A DNA stretch of 63,126 nt, the filler included, from Octopus bimaculoides (Eukaryota): the NCBI RefSeq assembly GCF_001194135.2. It is 5 parts of 5 records of this genome, joined end to end, with 100 filler letters (N's around TTAATTAATTAA, not from the genome) between each part and the next. Parts side by side here need not be neighbours in the genome. Positions count along the whole stretch, not along the records: positions 33,478 to 40,314 come from NC_068985.1; positions 40,415 to 59,064 come from NC_068994.1; 3 more parts are not named here. The stretch is one strand, 5' to 3'. Of this stretch, positions 36,945 through 49,331 are shown one piece after another. Every line of letters starts with the position of its first letter. Positions within the stretch are counted from its first letter, which is position 1. Below the pieces are notes generated by a model. The model made no database searches and had not been told where the DNA came from. It saw only the letters and a program-made list of their open reading frames with translations. The translations under genes and the position numbers were made by a program.

Positions 36945-39317
36945 ATCACGACAATTGTTTTGACACATCTAGCATCGATTCCTCTTAGGTGTGACACTCA
37001 ACAACTGGTTCAGGAGCATCCGGTGGTGCAGATGTATCTCGTTGGGTGATAAATAAATACAACTCTTTAAAACGACTGTTCCACAATGTAACTCTCCATT
37101 TTGTAGAGAGAAAAGCAGCCAGATGGAGGAAATATCTTCATTTATATAGAAGATGAAAAATAAAATCAATGATGACAAAAAGCGAAACGAACACGCAATC
37201 CAGCGAGGAAAGTATTAAAAATAACTGTTGACAGATATGGATGTATAAACACTTTCAGGCAAGTTGCATGGCACGAGTACACTCGCTCATACAAGCATCC
37301 ACAGAGATGTGAGCATAGGCACACGTGATGTTTGGTGCACTCATGGTCACATAGCGAGTTAGTTATCTACTTGGTGTTTAGAAGAATGGGGAGGTTAAAA
37401 GTAAACTTAAGTCATCCATACCTTAAAGTAAATTAAATTAACGGTTACTCAAAATTCATTCTCACTGCATTGTGCGAAAGTACATTTATATGCATGTAGG
37501 CATCTCGAGAGTTGTTCAGAAATTTTATTAATTATCTTCTCGTTAGTCCACAGAATAGACAGGGATTCCTCAGAGCAGAGACAGCATCTCCTGGAAATTA
37601 TATTGTATGGTTTCGCATACCTTACTATGGACTAATTAATACTGTACTTCATTTTATCCTCTTTCAGTCGCCATACAAAATCTGCCAAAGATAAATGTCT
37701 CTTATTGATTGTCTTAAAGCTGGCAACATGGTTACGATAATGATTCTTAAATGATTCAGCCGTCTGCCCAATGTAAACATAGAATCCTCCCCTTGTGTGC
37801 ATGGTACATTTATATACAAGATTTGTACTCATACAGAGATTCATCAAAGGACATTTTGATTTTTCTCTGCATGAGCATTTATCGTATTTATTTGNNNNNN
37901 NNNNATTTTGATTTTTCTCTGCATGAGCATTTATCGTATTTATTTGTATATAAGGCAGTCCCGACTCCATTTACCGGCGTTGTTACCATGCTAGCTGTAT
38001 CATAAGTATTTCTACTTCTACAAATTGGTTGTAGTTGGTGTTTATCAATGCAGTTTACATTTTCTTGGTTGATATTTAGATGCAAATGTTTGCTAGATCC
38101 AGTAGGTGGGTTATTGAACCTTTGCTGCATTTTGATATTGTTTATGCGATGCATAAGCTGCTCTAAATTAGCAGAGTTGGTGTAGGATACCTTAACGGTG
38201 TGTCAATTAAAAATAGCATGATACTGATTAGATTTTGGAAAACATTTGTCCAAAGCAGCAAAAAATTTTCCAGCAATCTTTGTTGAAACATGCAAACTGA
38301 AAATCGGGTTGAACCCAAGGACATCCTGATTCCTATATCTGTTATTAGGCTTATTTGATTGAGTGTGTTGTACAGGATTGGAATAAGCAGTTGAATTATT
38401 ATGTCGCGTGTGTCTATGAGGTTTCGTTGGTAGTTCATTGATATGACCAATTCTTCCTGGCCAGTGTTCTTTATCTGAGTGAGTTCTCAAACCGTAACAT
38501 TGTGGTGGTATACAATGCGCATCAGGAGGAATTACCAGTGTTGTGTATGACTGCTTCTTGTATATATTGAATTTTTTCATGGTACCCAGCCCTAGCTAGA
38601 GCAGCATTATAATAAGATGCATGAGATTCGAAAATTTTATTGCTAGCAGATAATCTAAAGATTCTTGTAGAAATATTCTTAACTAGTCCCCGTATAATCA
38701 TGGGTGGATGGTTGGATGCTACATTAATGTACTTAATATGATCATTTGGCTTATGAAATGGTTCAAATAATCTAGTATCAAGACAGAAGGTAGCATTAAG
38801 AAAATTCACTTTACGATAATCTTCACCTATAGTAATGTTTAGTCCTAAATTTTTGAAAAGTCTAAAAGAAATTTTTCCCATTCTTTTCTGACTGTACTTT
38901 ACTACTTCTGTTTAGAAAAAATAAGGCGTCATCCCTGTATAACCCCCACCCCCCTGTTACTTCTGGAAAGAAAGACTAGATTAATGAAAGGATATATATA
39001 CCTACTAGGTCACTGGCCTGAGCAAAATTATGTGAGCCCATTGCTATATTAAATGCATTCTCCCTATCTAATCTACTCCATAATCTATCATCAAAATCTA
39101 CTAGAGTGACTTGCGTGGCAAGTATAATATCTATTTCATGTCGGGACAAATTGGAATTTTTCATGCTAAAAATCAGGGCTTGATTAAGAACGAATGGGTT
39201 GATAGTGGCATAGTAGCTCTCTATATCTAGTTGCAAGAATTTACTATTTTTACTAATTTCTAGAAGCTTGAACCATCCAACCACCATACCTTACTATGGA
39301 CTAATTAATACTGTACT
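36945..39317 (-). mobile_element. 5'-truncated Penelope-like element: RT + GIY-YIG + 3' terminal region, frameshifted
   Basis: FLQLDIESYYATI, AMGSHNFAQASDLVG, GLYRDD (38928-38939), VNFLNATF, YINVASNHPP, GFNPIFSLHVSTKIAGKFF, CPLMNLCMSTNLVYKC..YIGQTAESFK, KPYNIISRRCCLC. Confidence 0.9.
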
Positions 39318-39992
39318 CCAACCTATGCCAACTTTTCACGTTGGCATAGGTTGGACAGTTTGTCACAGTCTGAATCATCTTTTATTAGGAGCTGCTGCTT
39401 CTGTAGACTGATACTTGTGTCATTTGGTTTGATTTTTATGGTTGGATGTCTTTCTTATAGCTAACTACTTTACAGAGCGCATTGAGGATGTTTATTTTTT
39501 TCTGTGGCATCAACACCAGAAAGGTTAATAAAGGGACCACAGAACCCAATACATTTTCTGCTCAAATTTACCAACTACTGCACCAGGTGTACTGTGTGCA
39601 TTAGATTGTCCCACCTGTTTGTTTGAGAGCACGTGAGTTGTTGACTTTCTGTCCTGACACTTGCACAGGAGGGTAGGTACATTGTACACAGGTCAGTGTA
39701 GATATTTTTCTGAGCTAAAATGTGTGCTGTGCAAATGAGTGGCACAAAGGAGTGATGGAGGAGAGGGTCAGAATAGCTATAGTGTATGTACATATATATA
39801 GTGAACTCAACAGATCCACTACTATCCTCAGTCACAGGACAATGAAAAAGGAGAGGAGGAAATACTGATTGAGAGATGAAGAAGCTATGAATGAAAGGGT
39901 AAAAGAAGGAAATGGATGACGGAAGTATGGCCAATAAATGTATTCATGTGTGTATGTGTGTGTGTGTGTGTGTGTGTGTATGTTTGTGTGTG

Positions 39993-40039
<47 letters not shown>

Positions 40040-40414
40040 GTTTGTGTATATGTACATATATATGTTTGTGCATATGTACATATATATATGTTTGTGCATA
40101 TGTACATATATAGATGTTTGTGCATATGTACATACATATATGTTTGTACATATGTACATTTATGTTTGTATATATGTACATATATATGTTTGTGTATATG
40201 TATATATATGTGTGTATGTAGATGTATGTATATATATATATATATATATGTTTGTATATATGTATATATATGTGTGTATGTAGATGTATGTGTATATGTG
40301 TATGTAGATGTATGNNNNNNNNNNNNNNNNNNNNNNNNNNNNNNNNNNNNNNNNNNNNTTAATTAATTAANNNNNNNNNNNNNNNNNNNNNNNNNNNNNN
40401 NNNNNNNNNNNNNN

Positions 40415-40449
<35 letters not shown>

Positions 40450-40450
40450 A

Positions 40451-40501
<51 letters not shown>

Positions 40502-40774
40502 CACACACATATATATATATATGCATGTATAATTGTAATATATGCAAGCTTGCATCTGAATAACTTTTCCAGAGTTTCTAGTTTCTCTGTTGTGGGTATT
40601 TAAGCAGATTAACAACTAAGATTAATTAAAAGGTACATGCCCACCTTCTCATTATTTTTGTTATTGAGTAGTAGTAGTAGTAGTAGTAGTAGCAGTAGTA
40701 GTAGTAGTAGTAGCAGCAGCAGCAGCTTTTGTTGCTGTAGCAGTAACAATTGCATTGTTGACGTTAGTGTTATT

Positions 40775-41020
40775 ATGTTAGCACACCAGGCAAAATCATT
40801 AGCTGTGGTTCGTCTATCTTTATGTTCTGAGTTCATATCCTGCAGGGGTCGGCTTTGTTTTGCATTCTTTCAGGGGTCGATAGAATAAAAATACCACTTG
40901 AGCACTAGGGGTCGATAGAATAAAAATACCAGTTGAGCACTGGATGGGGGTGGGGTTTGATGTAATTGACTTACATCACTCCTCAGAAATTGCAGGCCTT
41001 GTGTCAAAATTTGAAAGCAA
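40775..41020 (+). mobile_element. SINE family A with internal 34-bp duplication
   Basis: GGGGTCGATAGAATAAAATACCA.TTGAGCACT occurs twice in tandem. Confidence 0.8.
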
Positions 41021-41099
41021 TACTTGTGTTTTTCATGATAATGAGTATAAATACTACCATCTGCACCACTACTACCACCACCACCATCATTGTTGTTGT

Positions 41100-41159
<60 letters not shown>

Positions 41160-41464
41160 CACTACTAGCACTATTATTACCACATATTTACAAACACAGG
41201 GAACTCTCTTGACGTTAAAAGACTTGTCACTTTGTTAGTGACCAGCTTTGAACTCTCCCAAGAAGAACTTCAATAAAACTCAAAATGAAAAACATACATA
41301 CATACATATGACAGGCTTCTTTCAGTTTCTATCTACCAAAATCCACTCGCAAGGATTCGGTCAGCTTGGAGCTATTACAGAAGACACTTACTCAAGGTGT
41401 TGTTGCATAGTGGGACCGAACTGAAGACCACGAAGTTGGGAAGCAAGCTCCGTAACCACCAAAG

Positions 41465-41950
41465 TCCCTGGCCTGGCTATATTACCAGAGATTCATTACT
41501 AAATTGGAATACACTTTACAGGCCATAATGGCATTGTCAGCAGGACATGTCTGAGATGCCAGCAAAGTAGCAAAACCATTTTACCATTCTGTGCGCAATC
41601 ATTTAATAAATGAAGATTGCTGGCTGATGGAGTAACTTTAGATGATAGTTGTTGTGTGTTGGATGCATTGAGAAGATGGCGCTACCATTTTCTTCGGTGA
41701 GCGAGGTAGGCCATTTTGCCTCTGTGTGGTGGTCAAGATGAAGGAGACTATACGATAACCAAGATCGAAAGGATTATAAATATACTATTTTCTCTTTGGC
41801 CATGTCTTCATGAATTTCTCTAAGTTAAATTTGGAGACGAAAATTTAGGGTGGAAAGTGTGATACCGTTTTCTGATAAATTTGCTGAAATGTGGGTCAGA
41901 TTCTTGAGAGTAACCCTTGCAAATGACCCCACACTCTGTATTGCATGTAT
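41465..41950 (+). mobile_element. L1/Tx1-type LINE ORF2 C-terminal remnant
   Basis: SLAWLYYQR..RTCLRCQQSSKTI (zinc-knuckle-like) and CLCVVVKMKETIR*PRSKGL..FMNFSKLNLETKI; same family as 16100-16610. Confidence 0.6.
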
Positions 41951-43127
41951 CTGGGAGAAACTAACGTAATAATACTATTGGTAACCATAGTAATTCTTGG
42001 GTCTGGTTTGTTGGGTACTTTGATTGACTGTGAAAGTACCCCAATCAAGATGTATGCATCGTTTCAAATGTTTTGCATATTTTTGTTGTTGCATGCCTGT
42101 TTCTTTCACAGTTGAAGCTACATAAACCTCTGACCATCATCCGTAATTGTCCGTGTAATGTCCTTTTAATCCATTACCCTTGTGACAAATAAATGGAATG
42201 ATCATTATTATAATAATCTCAGAATGGATAAAGTAGCTTACCAATAATACACTGGACATTAACAAGATCCTTTTCCTAACACTTCTCAATAATAACAGCT
42301 GATAAGTCAAAAGTAATCCTCTTCTTCCTCCTTCTCATTATCATCATCATCATCATCAAGATTCCGAGTTCAGTTCAAGATGAAACTGCTTGCCGGAGGT
42401 CTGCACTCTCCGAGTGCTTTTCTAGGTTTAATTAGCAATCAACATATACTTAATTTCGACAATATATAAGCTTTAAGTATGATATACAGATTGCCAATTT
42501 GAACAAGCACTGCTTCTATAACCAATAATCCTTTCTTTTATAGACACAAGGTCTGAAATTCTGGTGGAGCAGGGGGAAGGGCTAGTCAATTACATTAACC
42601 TCAATACTTTTAATGGTGCTTATTTTGTCAACCCCGGAAGGATGAAAGGCAAAGTTGACCTCAGCGGAATTTGAACTAAGAACGTAAAGATAGATGAACT
42701 ATCACTAAACAGCTTGTCCAGTGCACTAACGATTCCACTGGCTCATCACTTTGCTTCCATCACTATTAATGAATTCGTTTAATTATTAAACACTATACCA
42801 AATAATCCTATTAAGATTAATATCAAATGTATATTTCTACTTCAGATATTACATATCTAGAGAGTCTACCACTAATAATATATGTATATTCCTATTTTAG
42901 TCAACTATTTATCTAGTCTATTTAGATATCATATGTAGAGATTTAATCGGTCTTAATATAAATGTATATTCCTATTTTAGTTAACTCTTTGTCAACTCTA
43001 TATTGGACACACACCTAGAAATCCTATGAATATTAAGTATTTATTCCCATTCCAGTTAACTATTTGCCTAATCTATTTGACAATACACAGAGAGATCTTG
43101 TTCCCTATGAATATTATACGTATATTT

Positions 43128-43766
43128 ATGGTGGCGAGCTGGCAGAATCATTAGAGTAGTATTTCGCACATCATTATGTTCTGAGTTCAAATCCTGCTGA
43201 GGTCGACTTTACCTTTCATCCTTTCGGGGTCGATAAATTAAGTACCAGTTGCATACTGAGTTCGATCTAATCGACTGGCCCTACTTCCCCAAAATTTCAG
43301 GCCTTGTGCCTAGAGTAGAAAAGAATATTATACGCATATTTAAGGCAGTGAGCTGGTAGAATATTAGCACACTAGATGAAATACTTAGTGGTATTTCGCC
43401 TGGTGCTACGTTCTGAGTTCAAATCCCACCAAGGACAACTTCGGGCCTGTTAAAATAGGCACCAGTTGAACACTGGGGTCGATGTAAGACTCATCTCCAC
43501 CTCCCAAGCTACCCTTGTGGCAAAAATTTGAAATAATATTATACATACATTTAAGGTGGCAAGCTGGTAGAATTGTTAGCACACCAGACAAAATGCTTAG
43601 TAGCATTTTGTCCATCTTTACATTCTGAGTTCAAATCCCATTGAGGTCGACTTTGCTTTTTATCCTTTCGGGATCAATAAAATAAATACCAGTTAAATAC
43701 TAGGGTCAATGTAATTGACTTATCCCCCCAACAAAATTTCTGGCTTTGTGCCAAAATTTGAAATCA
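43128..43766 (+). mobile_element. Three head-to-tail SINE family A copies (43128-43324, 43342-43535, 43553-43766); a fourth at 44013-44228
   Basis: Each starts AAGG.GG.GAGCTGG.AGAAT..TTAG and carries the family core; separated by 17-bp direct repeats. Confidence 0.9.
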
Positions 43767-44244
43767 ATATTATCTGTATATTCCTATTTTAGTTAACTAT
43801 TTCTCTCTTCTATTAGATAACATACCTAAAGATCGTCAATTAATATTATATGTATATTCCTAGTTTAGTCACCTATTGTCTCTTCTGTTAGACACCACAT
43901 ATAGAGATCCCATCATTGTTAATATTACATGTATATTCCTATTTTAGTTCACAATTTGTCTAGTCTATTAGACACCATGCACAGAATTCCAATCGATATT
44001 TATATTAACTGTAAGACAGCGAGCTGGCAGAATCATTAGCTCGCCGGGCAAAATGCTTAGCAGCATTTCATCCATCTTTACATTCTGAGTTCAAATTCCA
44101 CCGAGGTCAACTTTGCCTTTCATCCTCTCAGGGTTGATAAAATAAGTACCATTTGAGCACTGGGGGTGATGAAATCAACTTATCCCCACCCACTCAAATT
44201 AGCTGGCCTTGTTCCAACATTTGAAACTGATATTGATATTAATT

Positions 44245-44632
44245 ACTCTTTTACTCTTTTACTTGTTTCAGTCATTTGACTGTGGCCATGCTGGAGCACC
44301 GCCTTTAGTCGAGCAAATCGACCCCAGGACTTATTTTTTGTAAGCTTAGTACTTATTCTATCGGTTTCTTTTGCCGAACCGCTAAGTTACGGGGACGTAA
44401 ACACAACAGCATCGGTTGTCAAGCGATGTTGGGGGGACAAACACAGACACACACCCATACATATATACGACGGGCTTCTTTCAGTTTCTGTCTGCCAAAT
44501 CCACTCACAGGGCTTTGGTCGGCCCAAGGCTATAGTTGAAGACACTTGCCCAAGGTGCCACACAGTGGGACTGAACCTGGAACCATGTGGTTCGTAAGCA
44601 AGCTATTTACCACACAGCCACTCCTATGCCTA
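44245..44632 (-). mobile_element. SINE family B, full length (tRNA-like head, internal microsatellite)
   Basis: Reverse complement of 47128-47565. Confidence 0.9.
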
Positions 44633-45849
44633 TATATAATTATATATTTCTATTTAACTATATGCCTAGTCTCTTAGACCCTCAGGCAGAAATCCCATCA
44701 ATTCATTATTAAGAATTTAATTCTATTTTAATTAATTATTTGTCCAATGTATTAGACAACACAACTAGAAAGTTTATCAGTTAATATTACATGTATATTC
44801 CTATTTTAGATGACAATTTGTATAGTCTATTAAACACCATATCTTGGTAATACTGTATATTCTTGTTTTAGCTAGCTATTTAACTAGACTATTAGACACC
44901 ATATATAGAAATCCTATTAATATTAATATTAAATGCATGTTCCTATTTTAGTTAACTAATTGTCTAGTCTAGAGATTTTATCACTGTTGATATTAAACAC
45001 ATTCCTATTTTAGTGAACTATTTGCCTAGTGTATTGGATACTACATATAGAGATCTTACTGCTGTTAATATCAGCTGCGTTTTCCTATTTTAGTTAACTA
45101 TTTCTCTTGCCTATTAGATATCATATGCTGAAATCCTGTCAATATCAATATTAAATGTATACTCCTATTTTAGTTGACAATTTTTTTTTAGTCTATTAGA
45201 TGCTGTATCTTCTAATAATAAATGTATATTCCAATTTTAGTACATACTATATGTTGTGTCAGTTAGACACCACCCTTGGAGATCCTTTCACTGTTAATAT
45301 TAAATCTGTATTCCTATTTTAGTTAACAATTTGTCTAATCCATAAGATACTGTACACGAATGTCTTATCTATTAATATTGCTTGTAGTAGTTAAGGCGAC
45401 AATTTGTATAGACTATTAGACACCATATCTAGTAATAATATATGTATATTCCTATTTTAGCTAACTGTTTGTCTAGATTATTCAACAGTATACATATATA
45501 AAGTCTATTAATATTAAGGTTACATGTATATTCCTATCTAAGTTAACCATTTGTCTAATCTATAAGACACCGTACATAGAAATTTTATCACTGTTAATAT
45601 TGAATGCAAATTCCTGTTTTAGCGAACTATTTGTCTAGCCTATAAGGCAACACACATACAGATCCGATCACTGTTAATATTAAAAGCATATTCTTATTTT
45701 AGTGGACTATTTTTCTAGCGTATTAGACACCATACATAGAGACCTAACCATTATTAGTATTTTTTTTATTACTTGGTCAGTCAGGAGAAAAGAGGCCAGG
45801 CCAATTTCTCTTTACAGGGACTCTGAAACTGGTCATTGAAAGAGAGGAA

Positions 45850-46230
45850 AGAAAATATCAATAACCATGGGACCCGGCCTGGATGTTTGCAACAGAGTCG
45901 ACTCTGCTAAAGGAACTTTTTATCTACGTTCATTAGTGACCTTGTATTTGCATTCTCTCATCTGAAATTCTCATATTTCTCAATGTCTTTCCAGTTCACT
46001 GAACACTGTACTCGTGTCCCCAGGTATTGCAATATTAATATTTCAATGGTGTCTTGGATGTTTCATTCACTACAACGGTGTCTGGTTCTCTGTATATGCT
46101 CATTATCGTATCGATACATTGAAGGGGAAAAAAAACAAACAGTTTTGAGGCTTGCAGTCTTCATCATAAAGAGAGATAGTGTGAGTTAGAGCAACATCCC
46201 CAAATACATCTCTGTATTCTCCTTTCTCTA
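45850..46230 (-). mobile_element. Decayed R4/Dong-type endonuclease fragment
   Basis: EPDTVVVNETSKTPLKY*..INIAIPGDT..LE(K)IEKYENFR resembles PDIVVVDK.EK.C.IIDIAIPGD..EKIEKYEDL. Confidence 0.6.
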
Positions 46231-46264
46231 TTAGTGTCACTTTATACATGTGTACAAGTACAAA

Positions 46265-46295
<31 letters not shown>

Positions 46296-47094
46296 NNNNN
46301 NNNNNNNNNNNNNNNNNNNNNNNNNNNNNNNNNNNNNNNNNNNNNNNNNNNNNNNNNNNNNNNNNNNNNNNNNNNNNNNNNNNNNNNNNNNNNNNNNNNN
46401 NNNNNNNNNNNNNNNNNNNNNNNNNNNNNNNNNNNNNNNNNNNNNNNNNNNNNNNNNNNNNNNNNNNNNNNNNNNNNNNNNNNNNNNNNNNNNNNNNNNN
46501 NNNNNNNNNNNNNNNNNNNNNNNNNNNNNNNNNNNNNNNNNNNNNNNNNNNNNNNNNNNNNNNNNNNNNNNNNNNNNNNNNNNNNNNNNNNNNNNNNNNN
46601 NNNNNNNNNNNNNNNNNNNNNNNNNNNNNNNNNNNNNNNNNNNNNNNNNNNNNNNNNNNNNNNNNNNNNNNNNNNNNNNNNNNNNNNNNNNNNNNNNNNN
46701 NNNNNNNNNNNNNNNNNNNNNNNNNNNNNNNNNNNNNNNNNNNNNNNNNNNNNNNNNNNNNNNNNNNNNNNNNNNATATATATATATATATATATAGGCA
46801 TCTCTCTCACTTATAAGTTTATATTCTTTTATTCTATTATTCTTTTATGATACTATTGTTTTACTTGTTTCAGTCACTTAACTGCAACCATGCTGGAGCA
46901 CTGAAATGCCTAGTAGTATTTCATCCATTTTTATGTTCTGAGTTCGAATTCTGCTGAGGTTGACTTTGCCTTTCATCCTTTCGGGGTCAATCAATTAAGA
47001 GTACCAGTGAAACACTGGGGTCAATGTAATCAACTAGTCCTCTGCCACCAAATTTCAGGTCTTGTTCCTTTAGTAGAAAAAATTATTATAATTA

Positions 47095-47127
<33 letters not shown>

Positions 47128-47129
<2 letters not shown>

Positions 47130-47305
47130 GGCATAGAGGAGTGGTTGTGTGGTAAGTAGCTTGCTTACCAACCACATGGTTCCGGGTTCATTCCCACTGT
47201 GTGGCACCTTGGGTAAGTGTCTTCTACTATAGCCTCGGGCCGACCAAAGCCTTGTGAGTGGATTTGGTAGACAGAAACTGAAAGAAGCCCATCGTATACA
47301 TATAC

Positions 47306-47342
<37 letters not shown>

Positions 47343-47565
47343 TATGTCTGTGTGTGTATATGTTTGTGTTTGTCCCCCCAGCATTGCTTGACAACCGATA
47401 TTGGTGTGTTTGTGTCCCCGTAACTTAGTGGTTCAGCAAAAGTACCGACAGAGTAAGTACTAGGCTTACAAAGAATAAATCCTGGGGTCGATTTGCTCGA
47501 CTAAAAGGCGGTGCTCCAGCATGGCCACAGTCAAATGACTGAAACAAGTAAAATAGTAAAAGAGT
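47128..47565 (+). mobile_element. SINE family B, full length
   Basis: GGAGTGGTTGTGTGGTAAG A-box region, GGGTTCATTCCC B-box region, (TA)/(TG) interior, GAAACAAGTAAAA..AGAG tail. Confidence 0.9.
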
Positions 47566-47779
47566 ATTATTATTATTATTATTATTATTATCATTATTAT
47601 TATTATTATTATTAGGGAAGGAAGTTGTAGAATCAATAACATGTTGGACATAATGCCAAATAAGGGTTCTTTTAGTTATATTCTTTCACAGTCTTACTTC
47701 ATATCCTACCAGAAAAATGACTTTATTGCTCAACCCCAAGGGGTTAATAAAACAGATATTAGACATGTTCTGAGGTTAA

Positions 47780-48080
47780 TTCAATTGATCGATATGCTTT
47801 ACTGGGATATATATGGTCTTTTGCCAATGTAAGAAATCAATGAGTACAAAACTGACATAGTTAAAAGGACTTACTTCAACTGTGCAGCTTCAGGGGCTGG
47901 TGATAAGAAATGAGACAAGAAACTTTATATTTGCATGTCAAAATAAACCAGGGTTTTTGTAAACCAGGATTTCCTCAAATCATGCTATAAAGTTGTCCCT
48001 CATTATGATAATGTTAAAGCAGCTATATTCAAGGAGGGAGATGTCAATCCATGCAGAAAGGAAGATCAAGGCTAATTGAT
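47780..48080 (+). mobile_element. Very decayed R4/Dong-like fragment
   Basis: EINEYKTDIVKRTY..ETRNFIFACQNK resembles D..KT..WL..ETE..I.A.QEQAL. Confidence 0.35.
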
Positions 48081-48194
48081 CAGATATTGTTATCAAGGAC
48101 AACAGGGAAGAACTTGCCTCTCTTTCTTGTTGTTGGTTTTGTTGCTCTTCATTGTTATTGACATTTTCATTTCTCTATTGCTATCATCATCATC

Positions 48195-48226
<32 letters not shown>

Positions 48227-48230
48227 TATT

Positions 48231-48686
48231 AAAGTGGGGAGCTGGCAGAGTCGTTAGCATACTGGATAAAATGCTTTGTGGTATTCACCTGTTGCTATGT
48301 TCTGAGTTCAAATTCTGCCAAGCTCGACTTTGCCTTTCATCCTTTTTGGGTTGACAAATTAGTATCAATTACACACGGGGTTGATGTAATCGACTTACCC
48401 CCTCCCCTCCAAATTTCAGGCCTTGTGCCTATAGTAGAAAGGATTGTTATTAAGCCAGCAAGCTGACAGAATTGTTATGGTGCCAGGCAAGATGTTCAGC
48501 AGCATTTTGTCCATGCTTTTGTTATGAGTTCAAATTCTGCCAGGGTTGACTTTGCCTTTCATCGTCTCAGGGTCAATAAAATAAGTACCAGCTGTGTACT
48601 GGAGTCAATGTAATAAATTTAGCTCCTCCCTTGAAATTGCTGACCTTGTGCCAAAATTTGAAACCATTATTATTATTATTATTATG

Positions 48687-48719
<33 letters not shown>

Positions 48720-48869
48720 GTTGTTGTTGTTATTTTTGATTTTAACCCTTTTACTCAATGAAAATCAGACTTCACCAGCGCCTACTGACTTAGGGTTTCA
48801 TCTTGGTACTGTCATCTATTCATATATTTTACTCCAGTGTCACTTTGATGGTATGCACTGCTCTCTTAC

Positions 48870-48909
<40 letters not shown>

Positions 48910-49148
48910 TAACAATAAACCTTTCTACTAAAGGTACAAGGCCTGAAATATGTGGTGGTGGAGGACTAGTTGATTACATCAACCCCAGTGTTTCACTGGT
49001 ACATAATTTATCGATTCTGAAAAGATGAAAGGCAAAGTTGATTTCGGTGGAATTTGAACTCAGAATGTAGTGATGGGTGAATTACTACTAAGCATTTTGA
49101 CCAGCGTGCTAACGATTTTACTAGCTTACCACCACAGTAGTAGTAATG

Positions 49149-49180
<32 letters not shown>

Positions 49181-49294
49181 TATAAAGTACTGTCTGAGGT
49201 CCTTCTTGTGACTTGACAAACAGTGCAAACCCCTGGTAGACACAATATCTTCAATCAACAACCTCACGATATTGTATACTGTGTGACATCTATG

Positions 49295-49331
<37 letters not shown>

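Larger units (their letters stand above)
42820..45750 (+). repeat. Diverged ~80-bp satellite (~22 units) interrupted by five SINEs
   Basis: Consensus TATATTCCTATTTTAGTTAACTATTTGTCTAGTCTATTAGACACCATATATAGAGATCC.ATCACTGTTAATATTAAATG recurs every ~62-81 bp. Confidence 0.9.

Noticed and set aside
37853-37946. ~42-bp direct duplication around a 10-N gap in the PLE
   Set aside because: Typical contig-overlap artefact; the other 10-N gaps also sit in repeats.
41200-41275. Terminal-exon-like reading GNSLDVKRLVTLLVTSFELSQEELQ*
   Set aside because: Short, weak acceptor, no recognisable family and no upstream exons.
42820-45750. LRR-like minus-strand translation of the 80-bp satellite (SLYMVSNRL)
   Set aside because: A conserved in-frame TAG and unit lengths that are not multiples of three.
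45995-46180. Plus-strand Cys-rich, GPCR-TM3-like exon with GTGAGT donor
   Set aside because: It is the antisense of an R4/Dong endonuclease remnant, and the Cys-to-RY spacing does not fit TM3.
47692-47828. Exon-like segment with good AG and GTAAGA sites
   Set aside because: The peptide is unrecognisable and runs into an R4-like remnant.
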